Shown here: one piece after another, positions 8,516-17,811 of the stretch
How positions within the stretch are numbered: position 1 is the first letter of the stretch
How the letters are laid out: each line of letters starts with the position of its first letter
Source: Candidatus Ruthenibacterium merdavium
GTDB lineage: Bacteria > Bacillota > Clostridia > Oscillospirales > Ruminococcaceae
Reading direction: 5' to 3'
Assembly (NCBI GenBank): GCA_019119935.1
Contig: DWWA01000018.1
Location: forward strand, 2,771-66,770
Length of the DNA: 64,000 nucleotides
Translations under genes and position numbers: made by a program
Notes under the pieces: generated by a model
Told to the model about the DNA's origin: nothing
The model's database searches: none
What the model saw: the letters and a program-made list of their open reading frames with translations, nothing else

Positions 8516-9535
8516 TTAAAACTGCTTCAAGAAGCGCAAATCGTTTTCATACAGCAAACGCATATCGTCAATGCCGTAGCGCATCATGACAATGCGCTCT
8601 AAGCCGACGCCAAACGCAAAGCCGGAATACTTTTCGGGATCGATGCCGCAGTTTTCCAGCACCTTCGGGTGCACCATGCCGCAGCCCAAAATTTCAATCC
8701 AGCCTTCGCCTTTGCAAAGGCTGCATCCTTTGCCGCCGCACTTAAAACAGCTCATATCCATTTCGGCGGAAGGCTCGGTGTACGGGAAGTGGTGCGGACG
8801 GAAACGCACGCGGGTTCCTTCGCCGTACAGCTTTTTGATAAACATTTCGAGCGTTCCCTTCAAGTCGCTGAAGGTCACGTTTTCATCAACCACGAGGCCC
8901 TCAATCTGGTGGAAAATTGGGCTGTGGGTGGCGTCCACCGCATCGGAGCGGTACACGCGTCCGGGGCAGATGATGCGGATGGGCGGCTTTGTTTTCTCCA
9001 TGGTGCGAATCTGCATGGGGCTGGTTTGCGTGCGCAGCAGCACGTTTTCCGTGATGTAGAACGTATCCTGCGTATCGCGTGCCGGATGGCTTTTCGGCAT
9101 GTTGAGCATTTCAAAGTTGTAGTGATCCAGCTCCACTTCCGGGCCGCTCACCACATCAAAGCCCATGCCGAGGAAAATCTCTTTCAGTTCGCGCAAAACC
9201 TTTTCAAACGGATGGCGCTTTCCCTGCACAGGGCGCTCACCCGGCAGCGTCACGTCCATGGTTTCCTCCAAAAGACGCTGCTGGAGCTGCGCCTCTTGCA
9301 GCTCTTTTGTGCGCGCGGTAATATCCTGCGTAATGGCCTCGCGCACTTCATTTGCGAGCGCACCCACAACGGGGCGCTCTTCGGGCGACAGCTTGCCCAT
9401 TTGCTTCAAAATGGCGGTCAACTCGCCTTTTTTGCCTAAAAAGCGCACGCGAAGCTCCTCTACCTGCGCAACACTCTGCGCAGCGGCAATCAGCTCATCG
9501 GCACTTTTTTGAATTTGTTCCAATGCCTGTTTCAC
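8516..9535 (-). CDS. pheS: Phenylalanine--tRNA ligase alpha subunit
   Basis: [42 protein letters not shown]. Confidence 0.98.
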   Translation of the reverse strand: MKQALEQIQKSADELIAAAQSVAQVEELRVRFLGKKGELTAILKQMGKLSPEERPVVGALANEVREAITQDITARTKELQEAQLQQRLLEETMDVTLPGERPVQGKRHPFEKVLRELKEIFLGMGFDVVSGPEVELDHYNFEMLNMPKSHPARDTQDTFYITENVLLRTQTSPMQIRTMEKTKPPIRIICPGRVYRSDAVDATHSPIFHQIEGLVVDENVTFSDLKGTLEMFIKKLYGEGTRVRFRPHHFPYTEPSAEMDMSCFKCGGKGCSLCKGEGWIEILGCGMVHPKVLENCGIDPEKYSGFAFGVGLERIVMMRYGIDDMRLLYENDLRFLKQF

Positions 9536-9569
9536 ACTCGTTCTCTCCTTTGTTCAAAATTCGGGGACG

Positions 9570-9835
9570 AAAAAAGGCTCCGCCCCTAACAGTCAGGGAC
9601 GAAGCCGAAAAAAGCTCCGCGGTACCACCCGGATTTTTGCCTTCGTACAATGTACAAGAGCAAACACTCTTTTGCCCGATAACGGCGGCGTGCCGTTTTT
9701 GCCTACTGCCAAAAGGGTTCAGCAAAACCGCTCAAAAGTGAACTTCCGCATACTGCCGTTTTGCAAGCCCTTTCAGCCAAGGGGCTTTTCTCTGTTGCAC
9801 AAGGCGGGTGTGCGTACTCTCTTTGTCATCGCGTT
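9570..9835 (-). promoter_or_regulatory. T-box riboswitch (Phe) with terminator
   Basis: Minus strand: GCGATGACAAAGAGAGTA start, AG box and GCTGAAA motif, specifier TTC at 9740-9742, T-box GGGTGGTACCGCG at 9618-9630, terminator ending GGCGGAGCCTTTTTT. Confidence 0.93.
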
Positions 9836-9843
9836 TCCATGTT

Positions 9844-9872
9844 ATTATACAACACGTCCCCGCGCTTTGCAA
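9844..9872 (-). promoter_or_regulatory. Sigma-A promoter of the pheST leader
   Basis: TTGCAA-17 bp-TATAAT. Confidence 0.75.
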
Positions 9873-9886
9873 GTTAAAATTACCAT

Positions 9887-10948
9887 TTAAAGGCCCATCA
9901 TTTCGCGCCACGGGCTTTGTGTGCACATTTTTCGGCGCAGCGGCGGCGAGGGCATGCGGCCTGCGGGCATATTGAAAAACTCTTCAAAATCCACCCACTT
10001 TGCCGTATCCGTTTCGCCGGGCTGGAAGAGCATGGCTTCCAGCGGCATTTTTTTCACCGCCAAATAGTTGTCATGGTGGCACGTTCCAACCGTCGTTCCG
10101 CCGATATAGTGCAGCTCGCACTGATCCAGCGCAATACCCGTTTCTTCACACAGCTCACGCTGGGCGGCGCGCAGACTGGTTTCGCCGGACAAAACCGCTC
10201 CGCCCGGACATTCCCAAGGGCTGACACCGGGATGTTTTTTCTTGGCGCTGTGCACCAGCAGCACATGGCCTTCGCCGTCCGTCACAACAATGCGCACGCC
10301 GACATGGAACGCCCCTTCCGGCAGACGAACCCGGCGCAGCACCGTGCGATGCAGCGGATTGCGCTGTTCGTCCAGCAAGTCCCATGCCTCACTCGCGCCG
10401 GGCTGTCCGGTGACGCGCATCCACTCGCGGCGGCTGATGGCGTAAATATCGTGCGGCATATCCATGCCGTAATAATGCTTTACAAGCGAACCGACGCACT
10501 GCATGCCGTTGCGCACAGCTACCATGCGCGAGGGACGGTTCGTATCTCGGATAATCGAGTAAACCGTTTCCACGGGCAGATTCATAAACGCCCAATCGCG
10601 GCAGGCCTTCGCCGCTTCCGAGGCCATTCCCCTTCCCCACGCGCCGCGCTGAAACAAATAACCGATTTCCACCACGGGATTTTCTTTTCCGATTTCCTGC
10701 AAGGTGAGCCCGCATTGACCAATCATGCGGCCGGTTTCCTTGCGGCATACGGCCATCAGGCCCATGCCGGGCTGTGCGTAGCGTTCCTGCTGACGGCGAA
10801 ACCAATCGAGCACTTCCTGTTCCGAAAAAGCGTGCTCATAGGCCGACATCGTCACTTCATCCTGCAAAATCTCACGCAGAGCCGGAAGGTCTTCCCTTGT
10901 GAGAGGACGCAGGAAAAGGCTTTGGGTTTCCAAACAAAACTCGCTCAT
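9887..10948 (-). CDS. GNAT (RimJ/RimL-like) acetyltransferase fused to a NUDIX hydrolase
   Basis: N-terminal GNAT (EIGY...WGRGMASEAA...NRPS); C-terminal intact Nudix box G-AVLSG-E-TSLRAAQ-RELCEETGI; start moved to ATG 10948 (GAGGAG RBS). Confidence 0.88.
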   Translation of the reverse strand: MSEFCLETQSLFLRPLTREDLPALREILQDEVTMSAYEHAFSEQEVLDWFRRQQERYAQPGMGLMAVCRKETGRMIGQCGLTLQEIGKENPVVEIGYLFQRGAWGRGMASEAAKACRDWAFMNLPVETVYSIIRDTNRPSRMVAVRNGMQCVGSLVKHYYGMDMPHDIYAISRREWMRVTGQPGASEAWDLLDEQRNPLHRTVLRRVRLPEGAFHVGVRIVVTDGEGHVLLVHSAKKKHPGVSPWECPGGAVLSGETSLRAAQRELCEETGIALDQCELHYIGGTTVGTCHHDNYLAVKKMPLEAMLFQPGETDTAKWVDFEEFFNMPAGRMPSPPLRRKMCTQSPWREMMGL

Positions 10949-11026
10949 ATTTCTCCTCGTGTTCAAAGACGCCAAGCGCACAAACAGCGCGTTTTTCCGC
11001 TCCTGTGCACGGCTTTTCGACACACA

Positions 11027-11063
11027 AAAGGAGCCGATGTCTGAGCGACACCGGCTCCTTTCA
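11027..11063 (-). terminator. Terminator after the CD1247-like gene
   Basis: AAAGGAGCCG...CGGCTCCTTT inverted repeat. Confidence 0.7.
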
Positions 11064-11086
11064 TCTCTCTTCGCCTGATTGTAAGA

Positions 11087-11536
11087 TTACTCGTCATCCT
11101 CTGAGCAGCCACAGCTGCAGCCTTCGCAGCCGTCCTCGTCTTCGCTTTCAAAGTCGACTTCAAAGCTGGTGCCGCAGTTGGGGCAAGCCAGATTCTCATC
11201 CGACAGCATTTCTTCGTCTACGCAGATGACCTCACCGCATTTGGGGCATGTGATTTCGTACAAACCGTCCTCAAACAGTTCGTCCTCGTCCAGCTCTTCC
11301 TCTTCGTCCTCATCGAGGTCGTACAGGTAATCCTCTACTTCCTCCAGGTCAGTGCCGATGACATCAACCGCGGTGTAAAGCTCTTCCACATCGCCGGACA
11401 TTACGGTTACTTCATCCGCCATCTCATCCAGCAGCTCCACCACGGCCGCCATCAGTTTTCCCTCCTGCGTTGTGGTGTCATACTGCATACCTTCCATCAA
11501 GCCTTTGATATACGATACTTTTTCTTTGAGTTGCAT
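11087..11536 (-). CDS. Very acidic zinc-ribbon protein of the Clostridial efp-adjacent (CD1247-like) family
   Basis: LKEKVSYIKGLMEG N-terminus, CPKCG/CPNCG pair and Cys-rich tail; start ATG 11536 after GGGAGG. Confidence 0.8.
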   Translation of the reverse strand: MQLKEKVSYIKGLMEGMQYDTTTQEGKLMAAVVELLDEMADEVTVMSGDVEELYTAVDVIGTDLEEVEDYLYDLDEDEEEELDEDELFEDGLYEITCPKCGEVICVDEEMLSDENLACPNCGTSFEVDFESEDEDGCEGCSCGCSEDDE

Positions 11537-11614
11537 ACGATTTGCCTCCCTTACATCAAAAAGATTGAAAATAGGGGACAAGGCGATGAACGCCCCGCCC
11601 CCCGGCTTTGCTTT

Positions 11615-12172
11615 TTAAGCGCGCTCCATATACTCGCCGGTGCGGGTATCAATGCGAATCATGTCGCCCTCGTTGATGAACAGGGGAACACGAATCTCCG
11701 CGCCGGTTTCCAAAGTGGCGGGCTTCAGCGTATTGGTAGCGGTGTTGCCCTTTACGCCCGGCTCGGTTTTGGTCACTTCCAAAACAACAAAGTTGGGCGC
11801 TTCCACGCCGAACACCTTGCCCTTATAGGACAATACCTTGCAAACCTCGTTTTCCTTCACGAACTTAAAGGCATCGCCCAGCTCGCTCTCATTCAAAGGA
11901 ATCTGCTCGTAGGTTTCATTGTCCATGAAGTAGTACAGGCCGCCATCCTCGTAGCTGTAAGTCATCTCACGGCGCTCAATGAAAGCGGTGGGGAACTTCG
12001 CAGTGGGGTTGTACGTTTTCTCCACGACGCTGCCCGTGATAACGTTGCGAATCTTCGTGCGCACAAAGGCTGCGCCTTTTCCCGGTTTTACATGCTGAAA
12101 CTCAACAATTTGATAAACGTTGCCGTCCTCCTCAAATGTAATACCGTTGCGGAAATCTCCTGCAGATACCAT
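11615..12172 (-). CDS. efp: Elongation factor P
   Basis: [12 protein letters not shown] (Lys32), [16 protein letters not shown]. Confidence 0.98.
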   Translation of the reverse strand: MVSAGDFRNGITFEEDGNVYQIVEFQHVKPGKGAAFVRTKIRNVITGSVVEKTYNPTAKFPTAFIERREMTYSYEDGGLYYFMDNETYEQIPLNESELGDAFKFVKENEVCKVLSYKGKVFGVEAPNFVVLEVTKTEPGVKGNTATNTLKPATLETGAEIRVPLFINEGDMIRIDTRTGEYMERA

Positions 12173-12231
12173 AAAACATCCTCCAATGAATCTTTGTCAG
12201 CGCAAAAAGCGCTTGGTTCTTTACTTTCTCT

Positions 12232-12260
12232 ATTGTACAGGATAGGCTTTCATTTTGCAA
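12232..12260 (-). promoter_or_regulatory. Sigma-A promoter for efp
   Basis: TTGCAA-17 bp-TACAAT. Confidence 0.65.
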
Positions 12261-12309
12261 GCTTTTCCTGTCAATTTACGGTTTTCTTTCACACGGCGCG
12301 GCTTTGCTT

Positions 12310-12816
12310 TTACAGCAGCTTGCCGCCCTTTTCATAATACTTTTTTAAAATAGGTGCTTCCAGCACGCGCTTGAGCCGCAGGCTCCACGTTTCGTTTCGA
12401 TACATGGGCTCTACCAAAAGCATCGTAATGCCGTAAAGGTTTGCACCAAGCGCATCGGTAAAGATTTGGTCGCCCACAAGCGCGACACTTTCTTTGCTTA
12501 CGCCGATGTGTTTTCTGGCGCGCGCGATCCCAAACGGCGAAGGCTTGCAGCAAAATGCACAGTGGCGAAGGCCGATTCTTTGCGCGAACGGTGCTACACG
12601 CTTTTCAAAATTGTTTGAGGCAATCACGAGCCCAATGCCCGCCTGCTTCATGGTTTTAATCCATTCCGCCACCTTTTCGGGCAGCACCTGGCTGCCATGC
12701 CCTGTCAGCGTGTTGTCTACGTCCAAGATCAGGGCGGTAATGCCGTTCTCTTTCAAATATTCGGGGGTAATGTGCTCTACCCCTCTGAAAATTGCCGTAG
12801 GTTGAAACAGCGGCAT
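12310..12816 (-). CDS. yqeG: YqeG family HAD IIIA phosphatase
   Basis: DVDNTL motif I, SNN, KP, VGDQIFTD. Confidence 0.92.
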   Translation of the reverse strand: MPLFQPTAIFRGVEHITPEYLKENGITALILDVDNTLTGHGSQVLPEKVAEWIKTMKQAGIGLVIASNNFEKRVAPFAQRIGLRHCAFCCKPSPFGIARARKHIGVSKESVALVGDQIFTDALGANLYGITMLLVEPMYRNETWSLRLKRVLEAPILKKYYEKGGKLL

Positions 12817-12849
12817 ACAGCGCCCCTCCTTTCTTTGTTCACGGAAAAT

Positions 12850-12878
12850 GAAAAGCGGGCCCTTTGAACAAGGCCCGC
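12850..12878 (-). terminator. Terminator after rpsU
   Basis: GCGGGCC/GGCCCGC stem followed by TTTTC on the minus strand. Confidence 0.65.
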
Positions 12879-12912
12879 CGTGAGTACTTGCAGAGCAAGC
12901 ACTGTCCGCAAC

Positions 12913-13089
12913 TTATTTATATTTCCGTTTGCGGGCAGCTTCAGACTTCTTTTTGCGTCTGACAGAGGGTTTCTCATAAGCTTCGCGCTTACGCACCTCA
13001 GCGAGCACACCGGCGCGCGCGGTAGAACGCTTAAAACGACGCAGTGCGCTTTCCAGCGACTCGCCCTCTTTTACTCGAATTTCCGACAT
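12913..13089 (-). CDS. rpsU: 30S ribosomal protein S21
   Basis: [21 protein letters not shown]...[19 protein letters not shown]; ATG 13089 after GGAGGG. Confidence 0.97.
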   Translation of the reverse strand: MSEIRVKEGESLESALRRFKRSTARAGVLAEVRKREAYEKPSVRRKKKSEAARKRKYK

Positions 13090-13156
13090 CTTTGTCCCTC
13101 CCTTGACCACTAGTCTAGGAAGTCCGTCCCGCTTACGCGGAAAACTGACTTTCTAC

Positions 13157-13186
13157 ATTATACAATGCCACTATCCCGGCTGTCAA
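13157..13186 (-). promoter_or_regulatory. Sigma-A promoter for rpsU
   Basis: TTGACA-18 bp-TATAAT, consensus hexamers. Confidence 0.8.
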
Positions 13187-13327
13187 GCATGATTCTTTGA
13201 TTTTAACCCGCTTTTTCGTCATTTCTTACCGAAATTATAAAACAGCGCATAAAATCACCGTTTTATGCGCTGTTTCTCCGATTTTTTGAAAGGTTTTTTG
13301 AAAAGCGAAACGCTTTTTTCGGGCAAA

Positions 13328-15736
13328 TCAGCCGCGAACCGCAATATTCACGAGTTTGCCCGGCACGAAAATTTCTTTCGCTACGGTTTTGCCTTCGAGC
13401 AGTGCCGCCACAGCGCTGTTCTCTTTTGCCAAGCGCAGGGCATCTTCCTTTGCGATATCTGCCGGCACTTCCAGTTTTGCACGCACTTTTCCGTTTACCT
13501 GAACCACCAGCTCTACGGTTTTGTCGACACATTTTTCCGGGTCAAACACCGGCCACTGCGTGTGGGCAATCTGGCCTTCAAAGCCCTGCTGCTGCCAAAT
13601 CTCCTCCGTGATATGCGGAGCAAACGGGTTGAGCAGTGTCACCAATGTTTTCAGCTCGCCGCGGGTGACGCTCTTCTTATCATAGAATTCGTTAATCAGG
13701 CTCATCATAGCCGCAATTGCGGTATTCAGCTTGAGTGCGTCGATGTCCTCGGTCACCTTTTTAATGGTGCGGTGCATCACGCTTTCCAGCTCCTTGGAAT
13801 ACTCCATGCTGTCGGTCAGCATTTCCTGCAAGTTCCAAACACGGTCTAAGAAACGTTTACATCCTTTGACGGAAGCCGTGTTCCAAGGCGCAGCCTTCTC
13901 AAAGTCACCGATAAACATTTCGTACAAGCGCATGGTATCTGCGCCGAACTCGTTCACCACGTCGTCCGGATTTACAACATTGCCGCGGCTCTTAGACATC
14001 TTCTCGCCGTTTTCGCCCAAAATCATGCCGTGGCTGGTGCGCTTTTTATAAGGCTCACTGAACGGCACCACACCGATATCATACAGGAACTTGTTCCAGA
14101 AACGACTGTACAGCAGGTGCAGCGTAGTGTGTTCCATGCCGCCGTTGTACCAGTCAATGGGACCCCAATACTTCGCCGCCTCCGGGCTGACGAGTGCTTC
14201 GCTGTTGTTCGGGTCCATATAGCGCAGGAAGTACCACGAAGAACCCGCCCACTGCGGCATGGTATCGGTTTCACGTTTTGCCGGGCCGCCGCAGCACGGA
14301 CAAGTCGTGTTGACCCAATCCGTCAAACGTGCCAAGGGGCTTTCGCCGCCCTCACCCGGTTCAAAATCGCTGATTTCCGGCAAGCGCAGAGGAAGCTCTT
14401 CCTCGGAAAGTGGCTGCCAGCCGCATTTTTCACAGTAAACCATGGGAATGGGCTCGCCCCAATAGCGCTGACGGCTGAACACCCAGTCACGCAGCTTGAA
14501 ATTGGTTTTCGGCGTGCCCAAGCCTTTTTCCTCTAAGTAAGCAATGATGGCTTTTTTTGCTTCTTCGACGCTCATGCCGTCCAAGAAACCGCTGTTGACC
14601 ATCACGCCGGTCGCGCAGTCGGTGAAGGCCGCTTCCTCAACATTGCCGCCTTTTACTACTTCAACGATGGGGCAGCCGAACTTTTTCGCAAACTCCCAGT
14701 CGCGCTCGTCGTGGGCAGGAACAGCCATAATTGCACCGGTACCGTAGCTGATCAAAACGTAATCGGAAAGGAAAATAGGAATCTCTTTGCCGTTCACGGG
14801 GTTCACCGCGCGGACGCCTTCGAGCATCACGCCGGTTTTCTCCTTCGCCAGTTCGGTTCGCTCAAAGTCGCTCTTTTTGGCGGCTTGCTCCTGATAGGCA
14901 CGCACGGCATCCAAGTTGCTGATTTTATCCGCCCACTTCTCAATAAACGGATGCTCCGGGCTCATTACCATGTAAGTTGCGCCGAAGAGCGTATCCGGGC
15001 GTGTGGTGTAAATGGTAAGCACATCACCCGCCGTCGTTTCAAAGTTAACCTCCGCGCCGTGGCTTCTGCCAATCCAGTTTTTCTGCTGGGTTACAACGCG
15101 GTCGATAAAGTCCAGCCCGTCCAAATCGTCGATCAAACGGTCGGCATAAGCGGTGATTTTCAGCATCCACTGGCTTTTCACTTTGTGCACTACTTCGCTG
15201 CCGCAGCGCTCGCACGCGCCGTTGACAACTTCTTCGTTTGCCAAAACAACTTTGCAGCCGGTGCACCAGTTCACGCTCATTTCCTTTTTATACGCCAATC
15301 CTTTTTTGTACAGCTGCAGGAAAATCCACTGCGTCCATTTGTAGTAATTGGGGTCTGTCGTATTTACTTCACGGTCCCAGTCAAAGGAAAGGCCCAGCAT
15401 TTTCAGCTGATTTTTGAAGCGCTCCACATTATTTTTTGTTACAATTTCGGGATGAATGTGGTTTTTCATCGCGTAGTTTTCCGTGGGCAAACCAAATGCA
15501 TCCCAGCCCATGGGATACAAAACATTGTAACCCTGCAGACGCTTTTTGCGCGCGATGATATCCAGCGCGGTATACGGGCGCGGATGGCCTACATGAAGGC
15601 CCTGTCCGGAAGGATAAGGAAACTCTACCAGCGCGTAATACTTCGGCAGGGTATAGTCCTGCTTTGCCGCAAAGGTGTGCTCTTTTTCCCACACATCCTG
15701 CCATTTTTTCTCAATCGCTTTAAAATCGTACTTCAC
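13328..15736 (-). CDS. leuS: Leucine--tRNA ligase
   Basis: [13 protein letters not shown] (HIGH), [21 protein letters not shown]. Confidence 0.98.
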   Translation of the reverse strand: MKYDFKAIEKKWQDVWEKEHTFAAKQDYTLPKYYALVEFPYPSGQGLHVGHPRPYTALDIIARKKRLQGYNVLYPMGWDAFGLPTENYAMKNHIHPEIVTKNNVERFKNQLKMLGLSFDWDREVNTTDPNYYKWTQWIFLQLYKKGLAYKKEMSVNWCTGCKVVLANEEVVNGACERCGSEVVHKVKSQWMLKITAYADRLIDDLDGLDFIDRVVTQQKNWIGRSHGAEVNFETTAGDVLTIYTTRPDTLFGATYMVMSPEHPFIEKWADKISNLDAVRAYQEQAAKKSDFERTELAKEKTGVMLEGVRAVNPVNGKEIPIFLSDYVLISYGTGAIMAVPAHDERDWEFAKKFGCPIVEVVKGGNVEEAAFTDCATGVMVNSGFLDGMSVEEAKKAIIAYLEEKGLGTPKTNFKLRDWVFSRQRYWGEPIPMVYCEKCGWQPLSEEELPLRLPEISDFEPGEGGESPLARLTDWVNTTCPCCGGPAKRETDTMPQWAGSSWYFLRYMDPNNSEALVSPEAAKYWGPIDWYNGGMEHTTLHLLYSRFWNKFLYDIGVVPFSEPYKKRTSHGMILGENGEKMSKSRGNVVNPDDVVNEFGADTMRLYEMFIGDFEKAAPWNTASVKGCKRFLDRVWNLQEMLTDSMEYSKELESVMHRTIKKVTEDIDALKLNTAIAAMMSLINEFYDKKSVTRGELKTLVTLLNPFAPHITEEIWQQQGFEGQIAHTQWPVFDPEKCVDKTVELVVQVNGKVRAKLEVPADIAKEDALRLAKENSAVAALLEGKTVAKEIFVPGKLVNIAVRG

Positions 15737-15797
15737 ACTCTCTCACTCCAACTTTTTTAAGATAGCCGGCTTGCCGCAATGGGCAACCCGGCTGAGT

Positions 15798-16151
15798 TTA
15801 TCCGTCAAATTCCGGCGTTACGTCCTCGCCGTCTGCCCAAAGATGCTCCAAATCGTAAAAATCACGCGCTTCGGGCGTAAATACATGCACAATGACGCTG
15901 GCATAGTCCAAAATGAACCAGTTTTTTGTGTGAAACCCTTCTGTGCGAATCGGCAGTGTTCCAAAATTTTCTTTCATTTTAAATTCTACTTCTTCCGCAA
16001 GGCTTTTCACATGCGTGCTGGACGTACCGGAGGCAATCACGAAATAATCCGCCATCACCGTTAAGTCATGCACACGCAGAACTTTCAGCCGGCTTGCCTT
16101 TTTATCGTCTAAAATCTTGGCAATTTCCATTGCCAATGCCTTTGGCTCCAT
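15798..16151 (-). CDS. rsfS: Ribosome silencing factor RsfS
   Basis: LDDKKA, DYFVIASG, WFILDYASVIVHVF...R.FYDLE.LW. Confidence 0.95.
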   Translation of the reverse strand: MEPKALAMEIAKILDDKKASRLKVLRVHDLTVMADYFVIASGTSSTHVKSLAEEVEFKMKENFGTLPIRTEGFHTKNWFILDYASVIVHVFTPEARDFYDLEHLWADGEDVTPEFDG

Positions 16152-16175
16152 TAAAACAACTCCTTTTCTTTGCGT

Positions 16176-17735
16176 TTAAGCCGCATCTGTCGCTGACGTG
16201 CTTTCCGCGGGCACAGAGTCCGGCTGATCCTCTACCGTTCCGTTGTCGGAAACGCGCTTCATCTCACCGGGCACAACCGGGCCCGTAATGCCGTTCAGGG
16301 TGGCAATATTGAGCATCTCCACCCCTACCGGCACTTCGGCCGGGCGGAAATGTGCATTCAGGAAATCGGCCGCTTCCTGCGGAGGAATCGGCACCACCAG
16401 GCTTTTCCCGTAATATGCACCTTGGTTTAAAATGCACGGCAGTGTGCCCATCAAAATGTTTTCGTTCGGAACGTTCATCACGCTGACGCCCAATGCGGCA
16501 CATTCCAGCGGATTGATGTCCGTTTCAATATATTGCAGGAAGAACGGCATCAGCTTGACCATCTCCTGCCAAGACATCGTGCGCATATAGTTAAACAGCG
16601 CCGAATAAAAGATTTTTTGGTTATTCAAACGGTCGATATCGCCGCGGTTCATGCCCTCGGCCTTTCTGGCACGCAGGAAAAACTCCAAGTCGTAGCCTTT
16701 CAAATTGTGTACACCGGCCGGAAGCTGATAAGCGAGATTGCCGTTATCGTCATACTCCACGATGTCATACGGAATGTTCACGGGAATTCCCGTTCCGCCG
16801 CCGAAGACATCGACCATGCTGCGAAGGCTCTCCATGTCAATTGTAACCCAGTGATCCACCGGCAGCTGGAACACCTCGTTGAACACTTCTACAATATTTT
16901 GAATTTTATTGTCCGTATGGGGGCCGTGCTTATAAACAGCGTTGATTTTTCCGGTGCCTCCGGTATTGAAATCTTCTCCCATATAGCTGTCGCGGGGAAC
17001 CTGAAGCATTTCAATCGTCTGCGCCTTTTTATCATACTGCACATATAAAATCATGTCCGCCTGCGGGTTTTCTTTGTCGCGCTGCACTTCTCCGGAATCA
17101 CTTTCCGTATAGTCCAAGCCCAAAACGAGAATATTCATTTGGTCCGCGGTTAACTCCGGAGGCGTTTCTACCGCCAAGTTATTCACAACACTTTCGTTTC
17201 CGGCGTTAAGCATACCGGAAACGTAAAAATACAATCCGCCCAGTCCAAGCAAAACAACACCGAGCATCGAGCTTAAAATGATTGCCAGAACTTTGATGGG
17301 AGAAGTTTTTTTCTTGCTCTTTCTGCCCGCAGAGCCTGCTGCCGAGCGCGTTTGTGCATAAGAGCGCTGCTGTGAGCTTTGCGGCAGTGTGCTGCCGTAC
17401 GAAGCCTGTGTACGGGCAGACGCATAAGCACCGCCATACGCACCGCGCTGGGAAGGCGACGTGCTCCGATAGGGGCTGCTTTGCGGCCTGCGTGCCGCGG
17501 AACCGGCCGAGCCATAAGCGCTCTGCGCTCTTGCAGGGGCGGCAGAATAGGACGACGGCCTTTGCGCCCGCCCTGAAACGGCTGAATCGGGGCCGGGCAT
17601 CCGCGAAGCTCTGCCCGCGCTGGCCGTGTACATATTCTGAGCGCGCTGTGCCGGCCTTGCCGCTGCTGTCCGGGACGGCGTCCCTCCTCGCTTGGCGCGT
17701 GAAACGTCAATATTGCGGGAATGGGATGTTCTCAA
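16176..17735 (-). CDS. LCP (LytR-CpsA-Psr) family cell-wall glycopolymer transferase with long Ser/Ala/Arg-rich N-terminal tail
   Basis: Single TM helix, then NILVLGLD, ADMI, VPRDSY, KINA, GDIDRLNNQ. Confidence 0.92.
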   Translation of the reverse strand: MRTSHSRNIDVSRAKRGGTPSRTAAARPAQRAQNMYTASAGRASRMPGPDSAVSGRAQRPSSYSAAPARAQSAYGSAGSAARRPQSSPYRSTSPSQRGAYGGAYASARTQASYGSTLPQSSQQRSYAQTRSAAGSAGRKSKKKTSPIKVLAIILSSMLGVVLLGLGGLYFYVSGMLNAGNESVVNNLAVETPPELTADQMNILVLGLDYTESDSGEVQRDKENPQADMILYVQYDKKAQTIEMLQVPRDSYMGEDFNTGGTGKINAVYKHGPHTDNKIQNIVEVFNEVFQLPVDHWVTIDMESLRSMVDVFGGGTGIPVNIPYDIVEYDDNGNLAYQLPAGVHNLKGYDLEFFLRARKAEGMNRGDIDRLNNQKIFYSALFNYMRTMSWQEMVKLMPFFLQYIETDINPLECAALGVSVMNVPNENILMGTLPCILNQGAYYGKSLVVPIPPQEAADFLNAHFRPAEVPVGVEMLNIATLNGITGPVVPGEMKRVSDNGTVEDQPDSVPAESTSATDAA

Positions 17736-17811
17736 ATTCTCACGCCTCCTTTCAAGAGGTCGATTGCATCTTGTCTTTCGTATGAGCTGCGGAAATCAAA
17801 GCACACAGCAC

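Noticed and set aside
9917-11044. 375-aa plus-strand ORF
   Set aside because: Antisense shadow of the GNAT-NUDIX gene; long shadow frames are common at this GC content
15737-15797. T-box upstream of leuS (also looked for upstream of cysS, 44197-44264)
   Set aside because: Both spacers are only 60-70 bp with a simple hairpin at most; no T-box consensus
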